A DNA stretch of 64,000 nt from a bacterium (GTDB lineage Bacteria > Bacillota > Clostridia > Oscillospirales > Acutalibacteraceae): NCBI GenBank assembly GCA_963654285.1, contig CAVJZG010000003.1:21197-85196 (forward strand), written 5' to 3'. The notes beneath the pieces are model-generated. The model worked only from the letters and a program-made list of their open reading frames with translations, searched no databases and was not told where the DNA came from. Positions within the stretch are counted from its first letter, which is position 1. Each line of letters begins with the position of its first letter. Positions 50,017 to 59,438 of this stretch are shown here, one piece after another. A program made the translations under genes and the position numbers.

Positions 50017-51960
50017 TTAAGCCGCTTTTTCGGTTGCCTTTTCAGTCGGTTTTTCGGCTTTATCGGGCTTTTCTTTTTTATCGGACTTGTTATGATTGCC
50101 ATTGTGCGTTGTTGTTTCTATTGTTTCTTTGCCGTTTGCCTCGGGATTTAAAAGAATTGTCGAATTCATAAATTCGCTCTTTTTTTCAAGCTCGGTGTTG
50201 GTGTATTCAACTCCGTATTCTTCAAAAATCGTGGGTGTGTTTGAGAAAAGATTTGTGCCTATTCCGAGCCTGTCGCCTTTAATCTTAACACCCATGGAGG
50301 CAAGAATGGTTGGGAACATATCGAAGTTTGCCCATTTTCTGTTTGTGAAATCGGATTTTGAAGTGTCCAAATCCGGCGAGGGATTTAATATAACATTGTA
50401 TTGCGTTCTTAAATAATCGGGGTCGAAATTCTCAAAGAAATCCGTGTCCATGCTTAAATGGTCGCCGATTAAAACGATTGTGGTGTTTTCGTAAAACGGC
50501 TGTTGTTTAATCCATTCAACGAATTTGTAGGTTTCGTTTTGGCTGTAGTTGATAGCGTTTGAATAATGATCGCCGAAGGGCGTCGGTGCGTTTTGGCTTA
50601 AATATCCGCCCGGGCGGTGAGTGTCGGCAGTTTCCATCGTAAGGTTAAACGGCTTGCCGGTTTCATAAAGTCTGGTAAGTTCTTCCTTGGCATATTCGTA
50701 AAGCTTATCGTCCTCGTAACCCCACCATTCTTTGTAATCCTGCGGAATCAAGCCCTCACGCTTTGCATAGCGGTAATCCATAATTTTGTAATCGCCGTGG
50801 TCGTGATAATAATATGAAAGTCCGCCGAAATTGGCGTCTGCGCCGAACATAACCGTTTGTTCGTAGCCCTGGTCGTGAAGAATATCGCCGAAATTGTATG
50901 CTCCCGGGAAGAAATTGCCCTCTGAGCCGTAGGCGTTTTGCTCCGCCGGCACTTTCATGGGCAAGCCCGTTGTCATATTAACCATTGATGCAACAGACCA
51001 TTGCGTGCCGGTTGCTTTGAGCGGACCGCCGAATTTTGTGTCGTTGTTTGAAAATGTATAACCTTCGTAAGCGAGCTCGGTGAGCTTGGGGATAAGATTG
51101 GTATCCATATATCCGCCGAGGTCTTTGGAAAGATAGCTGTTTTCCATCGATTCGAGATAGATGTGAATAATGTTTCTCTTTTGTTTCGGGAAGGTTAGTT
51201 TTGTTGTGCGTGCGTCCCTGTAGTTTGCTTCGATAAAATCGGATTTGGCAATATAGGCGTTATAAAGCTGCTTGAGCTGAAATTCATTTACGCCGTACCA
51301 AATTCCGCCGCCGAGCATTGCAATCGCAAGAATAAAGCTTATAATTCTGTGCACCAAATCGTTAAAGAATGTGATGTTCTTTTTAATTCCGTGGTAAACA
51401 AGCTTGAAGTTTGAATAAACGAAAAGGCAAAAAACGGATGTGAGCAGCATAACGGGATAAACAAGCCCTTCGATGCCCTCAATGTAAACGGCACTTTCGG
51501 CACCGCCGGCAGGGGAAATGAGATTGATTAAAAGCTGATCCGCCGTTACATCGCCGTAAGAGCCTTTGCCCCAAACCGTGCCCACAAGGCACAGACTGCC
51601 GAGACAAAACAGAATAACGCTTATAAGCTTTAACACCCTTGCACTCTTCTTTTTCGGCACTTCGTGCTCAAAGGTGATGTATTTGTAAACTATTGCGTAA
51701 ATGCCAAGCAAAATAATACCCACCAAAAACGCAATTATGAAAAATTTAATAAACGATGTGGCACCGTAGCCGCCTGTCCAAACGAAAAAATGCTTGTATT
51801 TAAGCACATATTTTTGGAAAAAGATTGCAATAAGATTTATAACAAACACATTTCTGATAACCATGTGAATGCATTTTCCCACTGTGCGATTTTTGCAAAA
51901 TGCAAAAATCTGAACGGCACTGATGATAAGCGCGGCAACCGTGCCCAAAAGTAAAAACAT
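50017..51960 (-). CDS. LTA synthase / phosphoglycerol-transferase family membrane protein
   Basis: N-terminal TM bundle; NIIHIYLESME, WSVASM, TADTH, IGDHL; Lys/Glu-rich tail. Confidence 0.85.
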   Translation of the reverse strand: MFLLLGTVAALIISAVQIFAFCKNRTVGKCIHMVIRNVFVINLIAIFFQKYVLKYKHFFVWTGGYGATSFIKFFIIAFLVGIILLGIYAIVYKYITFEHEVPKKKSARVLKLISVILFCLGSLCLVGTVWGKGSYGDVTADQLLINLISPAGGAESAVYIEGIEGLVYPVMLLTSVFCLFVYSNFKLVYHGIKKNITFFNDLVHRIISFILAIAMLGGGIWYGVNEFQLKQLYNAYIAKSDFIEANYRDARTTKLTFPKQKRNIIHIYLESMENSYLSKDLGGYMDTNLIPKLTELAYEGYTFSNNDTKFGGPLKATGTQWSVASMVNMTTGLPMKVPAEQNAYGSEGNFFPGAYNFGDILHDQGYEQTVMFGADANFGGLSYYYHDHGDYKIMDYRYAKREGLIPQDYKEWWGYEDDKLYEYAKEELTRLYETGKPFNLTMETADTHRPGGYLSQNAPTPFGDHYSNAINYSQNETYKFVEWIKQQPFYENTTIVLIGDHLSMDTDFFENFDPDYLRTQYNVILNPSPDLDTSKSDFTNRKWANFDMFPTILASMGVKIKGDRLGIGTNLFSNTPTIFEEYGVEYTNTELEKKSEFMNSTILLNPEANGKETIETTTHNGNHNKSDKKEKPDKAEKPTEKATEKAA

Positions 51961-52053
51961 AAAAATATCCTCTCTTTGTTTTGTTTTTAGATATGATATC
52001 ACATTGGATTGAACAATGCAATGCTTTTACATTGCATGTGTTCAAAAAGTGGC

Positions 52054-54015
52054 TTATTGTGCCGGCGCACATTCAAAATCCGGCTCAAAAATAACGCCCT
52101 TTTGCGAATAATATTCCTTTTGCTTCATAAGCTTTCGTGCCTGAATGTATGAATATGCTTTTTTGTGGAAGCGGTCAAGCTCCTTGGAAGCGGCTTTGAG
52201 CGCAGCTTCCTTGGCAGCAGCCTCTTCGCGCGTGTTTTCGCTCATGGCTTTTGCAGCGTTATATGCCGTCATATCCGGCTCGCTTATGCCATAAAGCTCT
52301 TCAACCGTGTGCGAAAGCAGTTCTTCGGCTTTTTGAATTTTTTTAATCATCTTAGGCTCGTTAAAGCGGTCTTTTTCATTTACTATGATTTCATATGCAT
52401 TTATGCGGTTTTTAAGCTTGCGCTTTTCCTTGCCTTTTGCCGTTTTGAGTTGTTCCTTGCATTTGGCAAGCTTTGCAATCGCATCGGCGTAAATTGCCTT
52501 TGCCTCTTCAAGCTCGCCCTCGGTAAGCGAATTTGTGGCATAATCTTCAAGTGCGGCACGGATTTTAAGCACGGCAATGTGCGCGTTGTGTTCTTCTTCC
52601 GTAAGTGTATACATAGTTGTGAACGGAATAAGTGAAAGCACATAGCCTGCAATGGCAATCACTATAACTCCGCGCGAAATCGGCTCGCGGAAGCTGCTCT
52701 CATAAAGCATATCGTAGTTATCCGTTAAGCCATAGTGGTTTTGCATGACTATCGTTTGAATAAAATATGTTACGCCCATTGAAACAAATGTGCCTATGAT
52801 TCCCACAAACTGACCCATAAGCCCCTCAAGGCGTTCGCCTGTTTTGTATTGCTGGTAGTCAAGCACATCGGCGTTCATGGCACCGTCGGTTATAAGCGTA
52901 AAGGTTGAGAAAAAGCCCCTGAGCCACACAAATGCAAACAGCACCCAAATTTGCTTTATAAATAAATACATTCCTGCCATGCAAAGCGCATTGCAAATTG
53001 TGTAAAAAATAACAAGGTTTCTTTTGCCGATTTTTCTGATAAGAATGGGGGCAAGCAGCATTGCCGGTGTTGCGGCGGCACCCAAAATCGTTGTGAGTGT
53101 GCCGTTTAAAACGCCTTGTTGCTCTGTTGAAAGGTTTAAAACATCTTTAATGCCGTAGTAAAAATACCAAGTCGTAACATTGCCCACACCTGCCTGAAGC
53201 AGAATAAGCCAGGAGGTTATGGAACGCGCCCACTGATATTTGTTTTGTATGCCGGAGGCAATGCCTTTGAAAAACGGAACTTTTGGCGTGTAATCTTTTG
53301 AAACTATAATTCGCTCGTGCGTGCCTGCATAACTGAACATACCTATGATTGCTCCGCCTATGCCGAATATCGGCATAATAACGCGGTAGGCATTTATGTG
53401 CTCAAGTCCGCCAGTGAATCCTGCTATAATAGGAACGGCAAAGCCCATAATCGTCGGCGCAAGCGAATAAACAAAGGTGGAAACGGTTATTATGTCTGCA
53501 CGCTCGGTTGAATTCGGGCTCATAACCTGCACCAGCATCGAATAAGCCTGGTCGTAAAACGGATAGCAAAGCTGAAGCATCATATATGTTATGAAAAGTG
53601 CCCACAGCTTTTGATTGTAGCCCATTTCTTCAAACGGCAAAAAGGCAAACACTGTTGTGATTATTGCCGAGGGAATGCCTGTGTAAAGCAAATAAGGTCT
53701 GAATTTACCCTTTTTGCTGCCGGTATTGTCAAACATCATTCCGCGAATCGGACCCAAAAACATTCCTATAACCGTGGCTGTAAGATTCAGCTTAACAAGA
53801 TCACCGTTTTTCAGCCCGAGTGCGGAGCCTGCCAAAAGGCTTGTGGCAGAAAGAGTGATGTACCAAATTGTGTAAACCAGCGATTTAACGCCGATACCGC
53901 CCACACTGTAAGCAAGTATTTCCTTATAGGGCACATATCGCCCGTTCGGCGGCGTTTTCCAGTGCGTTTTAACATTTGATATAATGCCTTTTGCTTTGTC
54001 TGTTAATTTAGACAT
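52054..54015 (-). CDS. GPH-family MFS transporter with long cytoplasmic C-terminal extension
   Basis: DNTGSKKGKFRPY, ADVLDYQQYKTGERLEG; about 170-aa charged helical tail. Confidence 0.82.
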   Translation of the reverse strand: MSKLTDKAKGIISNVKTHWKTPPNGRYVPYKEILAYSVGGIGVKSLVYTIWYITLSATSLLAGSALGLKNGDLVKLNLTATVIGMFLGPIRGMMFDNTGSKKGKFRPYLLYTGIPSAIITTVFAFLPFEEMGYNQKLWALFITYMMLQLCYPFYDQAYSMLVQVMSPNSTERADIITVSTFVYSLAPTIMGFAVPIIAGFTGGLEHINAYRVIMPIFGIGGAIIGMFSYAGTHERIIVSKDYTPKVPFFKGIASGIQNKYQWARSITSWLILLQAGVGNVTTWYFYYGIKDVLNLSTEQQGVLNGTLTTILGAAATPAMLLAPILIRKIGKRNLVIFYTICNALCMAGMYLFIKQIWVLFAFVWLRGFFSTFTLITDGAMNADVLDYQQYKTGERLEGLMGQFVGIIGTFVSMGVTYFIQTIVMQNHYGLTDNYDMLYESSFREPISRGVIVIAIAGYVLSLIPFTTMYTLTEEEHNAHIAVLKIRAALEDYATNSLTEGELEEAKAIYADAIAKLAKCKEQLKTAKGKEKRKLKNRINAYEIIVNEKDRFNEPKMIKKIQKAEELLSHTVEELYGISEPDMTAYNAAKAMSENTREEAAAKEAALKAASKELDRFHKKAYSYIQARKLMKQKEYYSQKGVIFEPDFECAPAQ

Positions 54016-54160
54016 AACATCTCTCTCCAAAAATAAAAATCAGTACTGTTTTCATTATAGCATTTGTTCATATTTTAAACTATTATCTTAATAGCCAAAA
54101 AAAGCGACAGTTTTTTATCATATATAACAATAATTTTATTGTGTGGATTTATATTTTTGC

Positions 54161-54195
54161 AAAAAAAGGGGAGAAGCGAAATAATCCGCTTCCCC
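54161..54195 (-). terminator. intrinsic terminator after the GH18 gene
   Basis: Minus strand GGGGAAGCG...CGCTTCTCCCC plus T7. Confidence 0.65.
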
Positions 54196-54220
54196 GCGCT
54201 TTTATGTGTTGCTGTTTTGT

Positions 54221-55642
54221 TTATGCTTTTGCGTTTTTTGTGTCGTTAATCGCTTTAAAAAGCGAAAGCTCGTTGTCGTAAGGCAAATCGCAGCTCATAT
54301 GCCAAACCATAATTCCGCCAAGTCCGGCGTCAATGGCAAAGGCGGTTTTGTCCGATATCATTTGCACGGAATTTATATATTGCGGTGCCGTCATCGGATT
54401 GCCGGAATGGTCAAAATCGTTAAAATAAATAAGGTTTGTATATTTATCCAGCTTATCGCCGTATTGATTGTAATTGCCCCAATAGCCGAGTTTGTTTGTG
54501 GGACGCGAATAAAACGGCACACCCAAATCAAGCTGCTCTGCCTTGAAGCCGCCATTAAGCATTTTATTTATGCCGTTCACGGTAACAGGGAAGATCGAAT
54601 GATATCCGTGCGCTGTAAACATATCGTAAAGCATAACCTCGGCATGGTCTATTATTTCAATCACATCATCGTCAAACTGCAAATCCCAGGGCGCAATCGC
54701 AAGGGAAATGATTTTGTCGGGAATTGCTTTGTCAAGCAGCCTTAAAAACGAATTGAAAAGTTTCCATTCCTTTTTGCTGTTCGGAAATTCGTAATCCATG
54801 TCATAGCCGTCAAAATCGTATTTCTCAACAAGAGCTTTTATGCTTTCGATTGTGCGACCTACATTTTCCTCGCTCAGCATCGAGATTATATCGGCATTTC
54901 CGTCGTTATAAGGCATTGCCACATCGCAAATTAGATTTATATTTCTGCTGCCCACGGCTTCTTTTAAAATGCGTATTTTTTCGGCGTAAACGGATTCGTC
55001 AAGCGTGTTGCCGTCATCGTCAACAAAAATTATGTTTCCGCTTTTATCGAATTTTGCCGTGCCGAAAACTATTATGTCCGTAACGCCGTCAAGCATTGAA
55101 AAATCCGCGTCTTCGTTTATGTTTGAAGCCACAAGGTAGGCGTTAACTCTTAAATTCTTAGCATTGTCGTTTTTTATGTTGTAAACCTCGGCGGCGGTAA
55201 GCTTAAAGTTGCCGCTTGCCTGATTAACGAAAATGCGCAGATATCTGTAGCTCACATCGCCCAAAAAGCAAGTGTGCCCACCTTCAATGCAGTCGCTTTG
55301 GTAAAGGAATTTATAGTCGTTGTCGGCATTGTTGCTGCCGTAAATTTCAAAAAGAGTCACCTTTTTGCCGCTTTCTTTCAGCACAACGGTGTTGAATTCT
55401 TTTTCCTCGCCCAAATCCAGGGTGGCATATACGTTTTCCTCTGCCTTCCCGCTGAGCTTGAAGGACGAGGATTTTTTTCCGTCTTGGCTTGTAACTGTGC
55501 TGCCAAGCGCCAAGTTGTTGTAGAGACCGTATATTCGGTTCATAATTTCTTTTCCGTTTGCCGCACAGCCCGTGAACGTGCCGGCAATCAGCACTGCCGC
55601 CAAAAGAGCGGCAAGCAGTCTTTTAAATTTTGCTTTTTTCAT
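54221..55642 (-). CDS. GH18 glycoside hydrolase lipoprotein with N-terminal beta-sandwich domain
   Basis: Lipoprotein signal MKKAKFKR...FTGC; catalytic FDGYDMDYE (DxxDxDxE); MLYD, LGVPFY, GLGGIMVW. Confidence 0.88.
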   Translation of the reverse strand: MKKAKFKRLLAALLAAVLIAGTFTGCAANGKEIMNRIYGLYNNLALGSTVTSQDGKKSSSFKLSGKAEENVYATLDLGEEKEFNTVVLKESGKKVTLFEIYGSNNADNDYKFLYQSDCIEGGHTCFLGDVSYRYLRIFVNQASGNFKLTAAEVYNIKNDNAKNLRVNAYLVASNINEDADFSMLDGVTDIIVFGTAKFDKSGNIIFVDDDGNTLDESVYAEKIRILKEAVGSRNINLICDVAMPYNDGNADIISMLSEENVGRTIESIKALVEKYDFDGYDMDYEFPNSKKEWKLFNSFLRLLDKAIPDKIISLAIAPWDLQFDDDVIEIIDHAEVMLYDMFTAHGYHSIFPVTVNGINKMLNGGFKAEQLDLGVPFYSRPTNKLGYWGNYNQYGDKLDKYTNLIYFNDFDHSGNPMTAPQYINSVQMISDKTAFAIDAGLGGIMVWHMSCDLPYDNELSLFKAINDTKNAKA

Positions 55643-55707
55643 ATTTATCCCCCAAAAAAGTGAGTCGCAATTTGCATCTGCAGGTAACAGCCCGAATGCG
55701 ATTTTTA

Positions 55708-55770
55708 ATTGCAATATTCTAATTATATACTAACACACGCATATCGCACGGCGCAAGGGTAATTTTTATG
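55708..55770. repeat. 63-bp direct repeat, copy 1 (promoter-like on the minus strand)
   Basis: attgcaatattctaattatatactaacacacgcatatcgcacggcgcaagggtaatttttatg; matches 56437-56523. Confidence 0.95.
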
Positions 55771-55849
55771 ACGGTTGCATAGGCAGGATTATTATATAAA
55801 CGGCATATTGCCACACGAAAAAAGTACTTTGTTTTGAAATTAAGCGAAT

Positions 55850-56398
55850 TTATTTGTAAATTCTATATTGAAATATATCAAATTGTTCCGTTTCAGCCTT
55901 TGCATCATTTGAAATTTTCGGCGTTTTCAGTACATCAAATGCACTACTGTAGCCGATGTATGAAGCACCGAGCTTCTTTGCAAGTGCAATACTTGCTTTA
56001 TTATATTTGAATGTGTTGTAAGAAATGTATTCGTAATTTGTTTTTTCAAACAGTTTATTTATAAGCAATCGGCAGGTCTCGAATCCATATCCGTTGCGTT
56101 GATACTTTTCAGCCAAATCAATGCCTATTTCGGTTGTTTCGTCAAGATTTTTCAGTTCTGTATATCCTATAAAATCACCACATTCCGAATAAATAAGAAA
56201 GTGAACCTTATATTTGTCACTAAGTGTTTTTATACACTCGTTTTTCATAAGATCCGAAAATTTTTCGGAAACATTTAATGTGCCGTATATATAGTTTAAG
56301 AGTAAATCAGTGTTGTCGGGGGTAAGAACATGAAGTGTAATCCTTCTGCCGGATATAGATTCATTGCCAAATAATTCTAAAAGTTGATCTCGCTTCAA
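55850..56398 (-). CDS. GNAT N-acetyltransferase (RimJ/RimL-like)
   Basis: FIGY..L, EIGIDLAEKYQRNGYG, NKASIALAKKLG; AT-rich relative to core genes. Confidence 0.82.
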   Translation of the reverse strand: MKRDQLLELFGNESISGRRITLHVLTPDNTDLLLNYIYGTLNVSEKFSDLMKNECIKTLSDKYKVHFLIYSECGDFIGYTELKNLDETTEIGIDLAEKYQRNGYGFETCRLLINKLFEKTNYEYISYNTFKYNKASIALAKKLGASYIGYSSAFDVLKTPKISNDAKAETEQFDIFQYRIYK

Positions 56399-56436
56399 AT
56401 TTCACTCTCCAATACTGTCCTTAGTTTTAATTTTAC

Positions 56437-56523
56437 ATTGCAATATTCTGATTATATACTAACACACGCATATCGCACGGCGCAAGCACACGCATATCGC
56501 ACGGCGCAAGGGTAATTTTTATG
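56437..56523. repeat. 63-bp direct repeat, copy 2, with internal 24-bp tandem duplication
   Basis: One mismatch to copy 1; cacacgcatatcgcacggcgcaag occurs twice (56463-56486, 56487-56510). Confidence 0.95.
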
Positions 56524-56805
56524 CAAAGGTTTTTGTGTGAATTTTGTGTTAATTTGCTTTTTTGCTTGTTGACTGTTTTGCGCGGCGGGAATACGATGTC
56601 AACATTAGAAGTTCTAAAATTAGAATAATTAAAAGAAGTGATTAACTTGGCTCCGCTTGAAATGATAGCAATAGGGAAAAAGCTTTCAAATATTTATCAA
56701 AATCTTTCCGCACCTGTTTGCCAAGCAGAGTTACTTCCTGAAGAAATGAAAATTACAGCAGTCGCCGCCATAGCCCAATGTCTTGGTTCTTGAAAAGTAT
56801 TTTAT

Positions 56806-56979
56806 TTAATCCGCCGTAATGTCTCTAATATCGCCTTTTATAAGCGGAGCGGAGTGGTTTGCTTCATATGTTGCCCATATACCCTTGTCATATTCATTAG
56901 CCATAGATATATTAAAACCTGCTTTTTCAAAACCTAAATCCAGACCGCCGGCTCCGGAAAATAAACTGATTAAATTCAT
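56806..56979 (-). pseudogene. truncated C5-cytosine DNA methyltransferase (M.HaeIII-like N-terminus)
   Basis: [57 protein letters not shown]. Motifs I-III are present; it stops before the catalytic PC motif IV. GAGG RBS. Confidence 0.88.
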
Positions 56980-57260
56980 AATTAAACCTCGAAATTTTAT
57001 ATGACGATTATATCATAATTTATAAAAAAATTAAAGATAAATTCTTAACTTGGAAAGATTGGTACATGTTATTGTACCTTTGGGCTTTGCATAATATATT
57101 TTTGGTTTTTCATGGAGTGTGGTGTGTTTTCACGCAATGCATTAAATTTCACGGTGTGCAATAATTGAGTGAAAACCGCAAACGAATAACTAAGCCCATA
57201 TTAAGATTTAAGAGCAAAGTGTTGATTTGAAAAGTGTTGGAAAAAGTGTTAGAAAAGGGC

Positions 57261-57298
57261 AAAAAAATTAAGCCAAACTTTTAAAATTTGGCTTAATT
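57261..57298 (-). terminator. intrinsic terminator downstream of a tRNA-3'-like fragment
   Basis: AATTAAGCCAAA / TTTGGCTTAATT stem; T-run on the minus strand. Confidence 0.7.
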
Positions 57299-57437
57299 AC
57301 TGTGGTACGGATGTTCATAACCAACCTAAAATCTATATTTAAAATCCGGCTGAAAGCTCACATATTTCCCCGTACATTTGCCGATTTACCTCCTCTTTGC
57401 TATGATAATATCACAAGATTTTAAGGAGGCTGTTTTT

Positions 57438-57818
57438 ATGAAAAAGTACATTACAGACGAACGCACGGGGCTGAAATATGAGTTGGTCGGTGATTATTAC
57501 CTTATTGCCGGAGACGGTGAGCCGGATGAAGAGCAAAAACCAATCGGGATATGGGGACAGCGGCATCTTCGCTATCTGAAAAATCACCGCAAAGTGCTTT
57601 ACGCCAACTTGCTGACAAGCGGTAAATTAAATGATTATCTTGCTGACATTGACCGACAGGCTAAGGAAATGTTTGAACGGCTAGTAAAGCAAATGACTGC
57701 GGCGGAGGGCATAACGGAGCAACTGAAAGCCACCGACCAAATGGCTTGGGTCGGCAGAATGAACAGCATACGAAATCGAGCTATTGAGATCGTAAACCGT
57801 GAAATTATTTTTATATAA
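57438..57818 (+). CDS. tnpV: TnpV family protein
   Basis: YELVGDYYL, IGIWGQRHLRYLK, EGITEQLKATDQMAWVGRMNSIR; AAGGAGG RBS; TTGCCG-17-TATGAT promoter. Confidence 0.9.
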   Translation: MKKYITDERTGLKYELVGDYYLIAGDGEPDEEQKPIGIWGQRHLRYLKNHRKVLYANLLTSGKLNDYLADIDRQAKEMFERLVKQMTAAEGITEQLKATDQMAWVGRMNSIRNRAIEIVNREIIFI

Positions 57819-57821
57819 GAA

Positions 57822-57856
57822 TAGAGGGTATGCAGTATTGAGCCGCATACCCTCTA
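57822..57856. terminator. hairpin between convergent tnpV and cargo genes
   Basis: TAGAGGGTATGC / GCATACCCTCTA perfect 12-bp stem. Confidence 0.7.
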
Positions 57857-57859
57857 AAA

Positions 57860-58267
57860 TTATTTGTTAATGTTAAAATCCAACAGGGCTATTACCTGTA
57901 AATAGGCATCTTCTTGCGATATTTTCTTCGATGAAACATCGTTCCTTAATGCATTAAATGCTTCTACTTTTTCTTTTGGCGTAATTACTGTGAAAACCGG
58001 ATGGAAATGAGCGTATAAATCCCTTTCTTCATTTAATAATTCTCTTGCAATTTTGCTTGATGAAGGATCCGGCATATCTTCATACAAGGCTATTCTTGAA
58101 CATAAAGATATATACCTGATTGCATCGGCATATGTATTTATTTTTAACTCTAAAACCACGCGCTCTTTTTCTCTTTTGTTACGCCAAATCTCTATCAAAA
58201 AAGAAATGCCTACACCCAAAAGCGCCCCGACCGCACCAATGATCGCCCCGACTATTGTTTCGCACAT
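57860..58267 (-). CDS. hypothetical protein with N-terminal TM anchor
   Basis: IVGAIIGAVGALLGVGISFLI followed by a charged helical domain. Confidence 0.7.
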   Translation of the reverse strand: MCETIVGAIIGAVGALLGVGISFLIEIWRNKREKERVVLELKINTYADAIRYISLCSRIALYEDMPDPSSSKIARELLNEERDLYAHFHPVFTVITPKEKVEAFNALRNDVSSKKISQEDAYLQVIALLDFNINK

Positions 58268-58298
58268 AATTATTTACCCATACAGTATTGTTAGTTTA

Positions 58299-59426
58299 TC
58301 AAATATTAGCAAGTAATTCTTCCATTTTCTTGTTATATAGCTCATCGGGAATTTTCCCTTTAAGCATTTCCAGTTTTTTTAATCGTGTTTCAAAATCAGA
58401 GGTGGTATCGGCAACCTGTGGAGAAATCTCACCTACACCATTACCCATCATATTTCCAGTTGCATTTGCCATATTCATACCAGCAAAAGCCATAAAAGCT
58501 CCTGCATTTTCATTAGATGCAGCTGCTCGCAAAGCGTCTGCCTGCGCCTGAGCAAAATTCGCCGCGGCCATCTGAGAATTTGTAAACACCTTTGTTTCTT
58601 GAAGCTTTGTAAGAATTTTTTGTTCATCATCCGGAACAGAAATAGATTCAAATGCTATAGAGAATATTTTTAAACCTCGCATATCAATCCATTTCTTTTC
58701 TAATAACTTGTTCATCTCATCGACTAATTCGATGGTTTCACCCAATAGATCGCTTGGACGAACGCCACGTGAAGAAATTGGTGCAAATGCAGCCTGTAAA
58801 TAAGTAACAAACTCTGCGCGTAACTGGTCAAGAAGCTGATTGGAAGTAAAGTAATCCTGTATGTTTGCGGCAATTCTTGTGTAAAACACTATCGGATTAT
58901 CAATAGTATAAGAAAATCGCCCTCTACAACGAACATGCAAATCAATATCAGCACCAATGCTTTTGTCCACAAATCTGAACGGTATTGGTGTATACGTACC
59001 AAAAAGATTATTTTCTATCGGCTTGATATTTATAAAGTAAACACGTTGATCTTTTCCGGTGCTACCGCCAAAGGTAAAACGCTTACCAATTTGTTTAAAA
59101 GTATCTTTCAATGATTGTCCGAAATTACCTACAAATATAGAAGGTTCAGTTGAAGTGTCATAGATAAATCTACCTGGTTCGCAAGTTAATTCAACTATCT
59201 TTCCATCTTCAACAATTAAGGCACACTGCCCTTCGTTTACCGCAATCACACTACCATTGCTTATAATGTTTGATTCGCCTCTGAAATTGGTTCCTCGTTG
59301 CGTTTGCTGTTTCTGACCTTTGCACATTAAAACATTTTGAGCTAAGCTATCACAATAAAAATATTCTTTCCATTGATCTCCAAGAGAACCGCCTACAGAA
59401 TTAACGAGAGCTTTTATGAGTCCCAT
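58299..59426 (-). CDS. SPFH (band 7, YdjI-like) domain protein with SHOCT-like C-terminus
   Basis: DQWKEYFYC, NIISNGSVIAVNEGQ, RFTFGG...QRVYFIN, AAASNENAGA; tail RLKKLEMLKGKIPDELYNKKMEELL. Confidence 0.85.
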   Translation of the reverse strand: MGLIKALVNSVGGSLGDQWKEYFYCDSLAQNVLMCKGQKQQTQRGTNFRGESNIISNGSVIAVNEGQCALIVEDGKIVELTCEPGRFIYDTSTEPSIFVGNFGQSLKDTFKQIGKRFTFGGSTGKDQRVYFINIKPIENNLFGTYTPIPFRFVDKSIGADIDLHVRCRGRFSYTIDNPIVFYTRIAANIQDYFTSNQLLDQLRAEFVTYLQAAFAPISSRGVRPSDLLGETIELVDEMNKLLEKKWIDMRGLKIFSIAFESISVPDDEQKILTKLQETKVFTNSQMAAANFAQAQADALRAAASNENAGAFMAFAGMNMANATGNMMGNGVGEISPQVADTTSDFETRLKKLEMLKGKIPDELYNKKMEELLANI

Positions 59427-59438
59427 ACAAATCGCTCC

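Noticed and set aside
50020..50090. Repetitive Lys/Glu/Ala-rich 3' end of the LTA-synthase-like gene
   Set aside because: Ordinary low-complexity protein tail.
55708..56523. Repeats as a possible CRISPR array
   Set aside because: Only three copies of the 24-mer, two of them adjacent with no spacer, and no cas genes.
57290..57380. Intact tRNA gene
   Set aside because: Only an 11-nt 3'-end-like fragment; no T-arm or cloverleaf. No tRNA or rRNA gene was recognised in the window.
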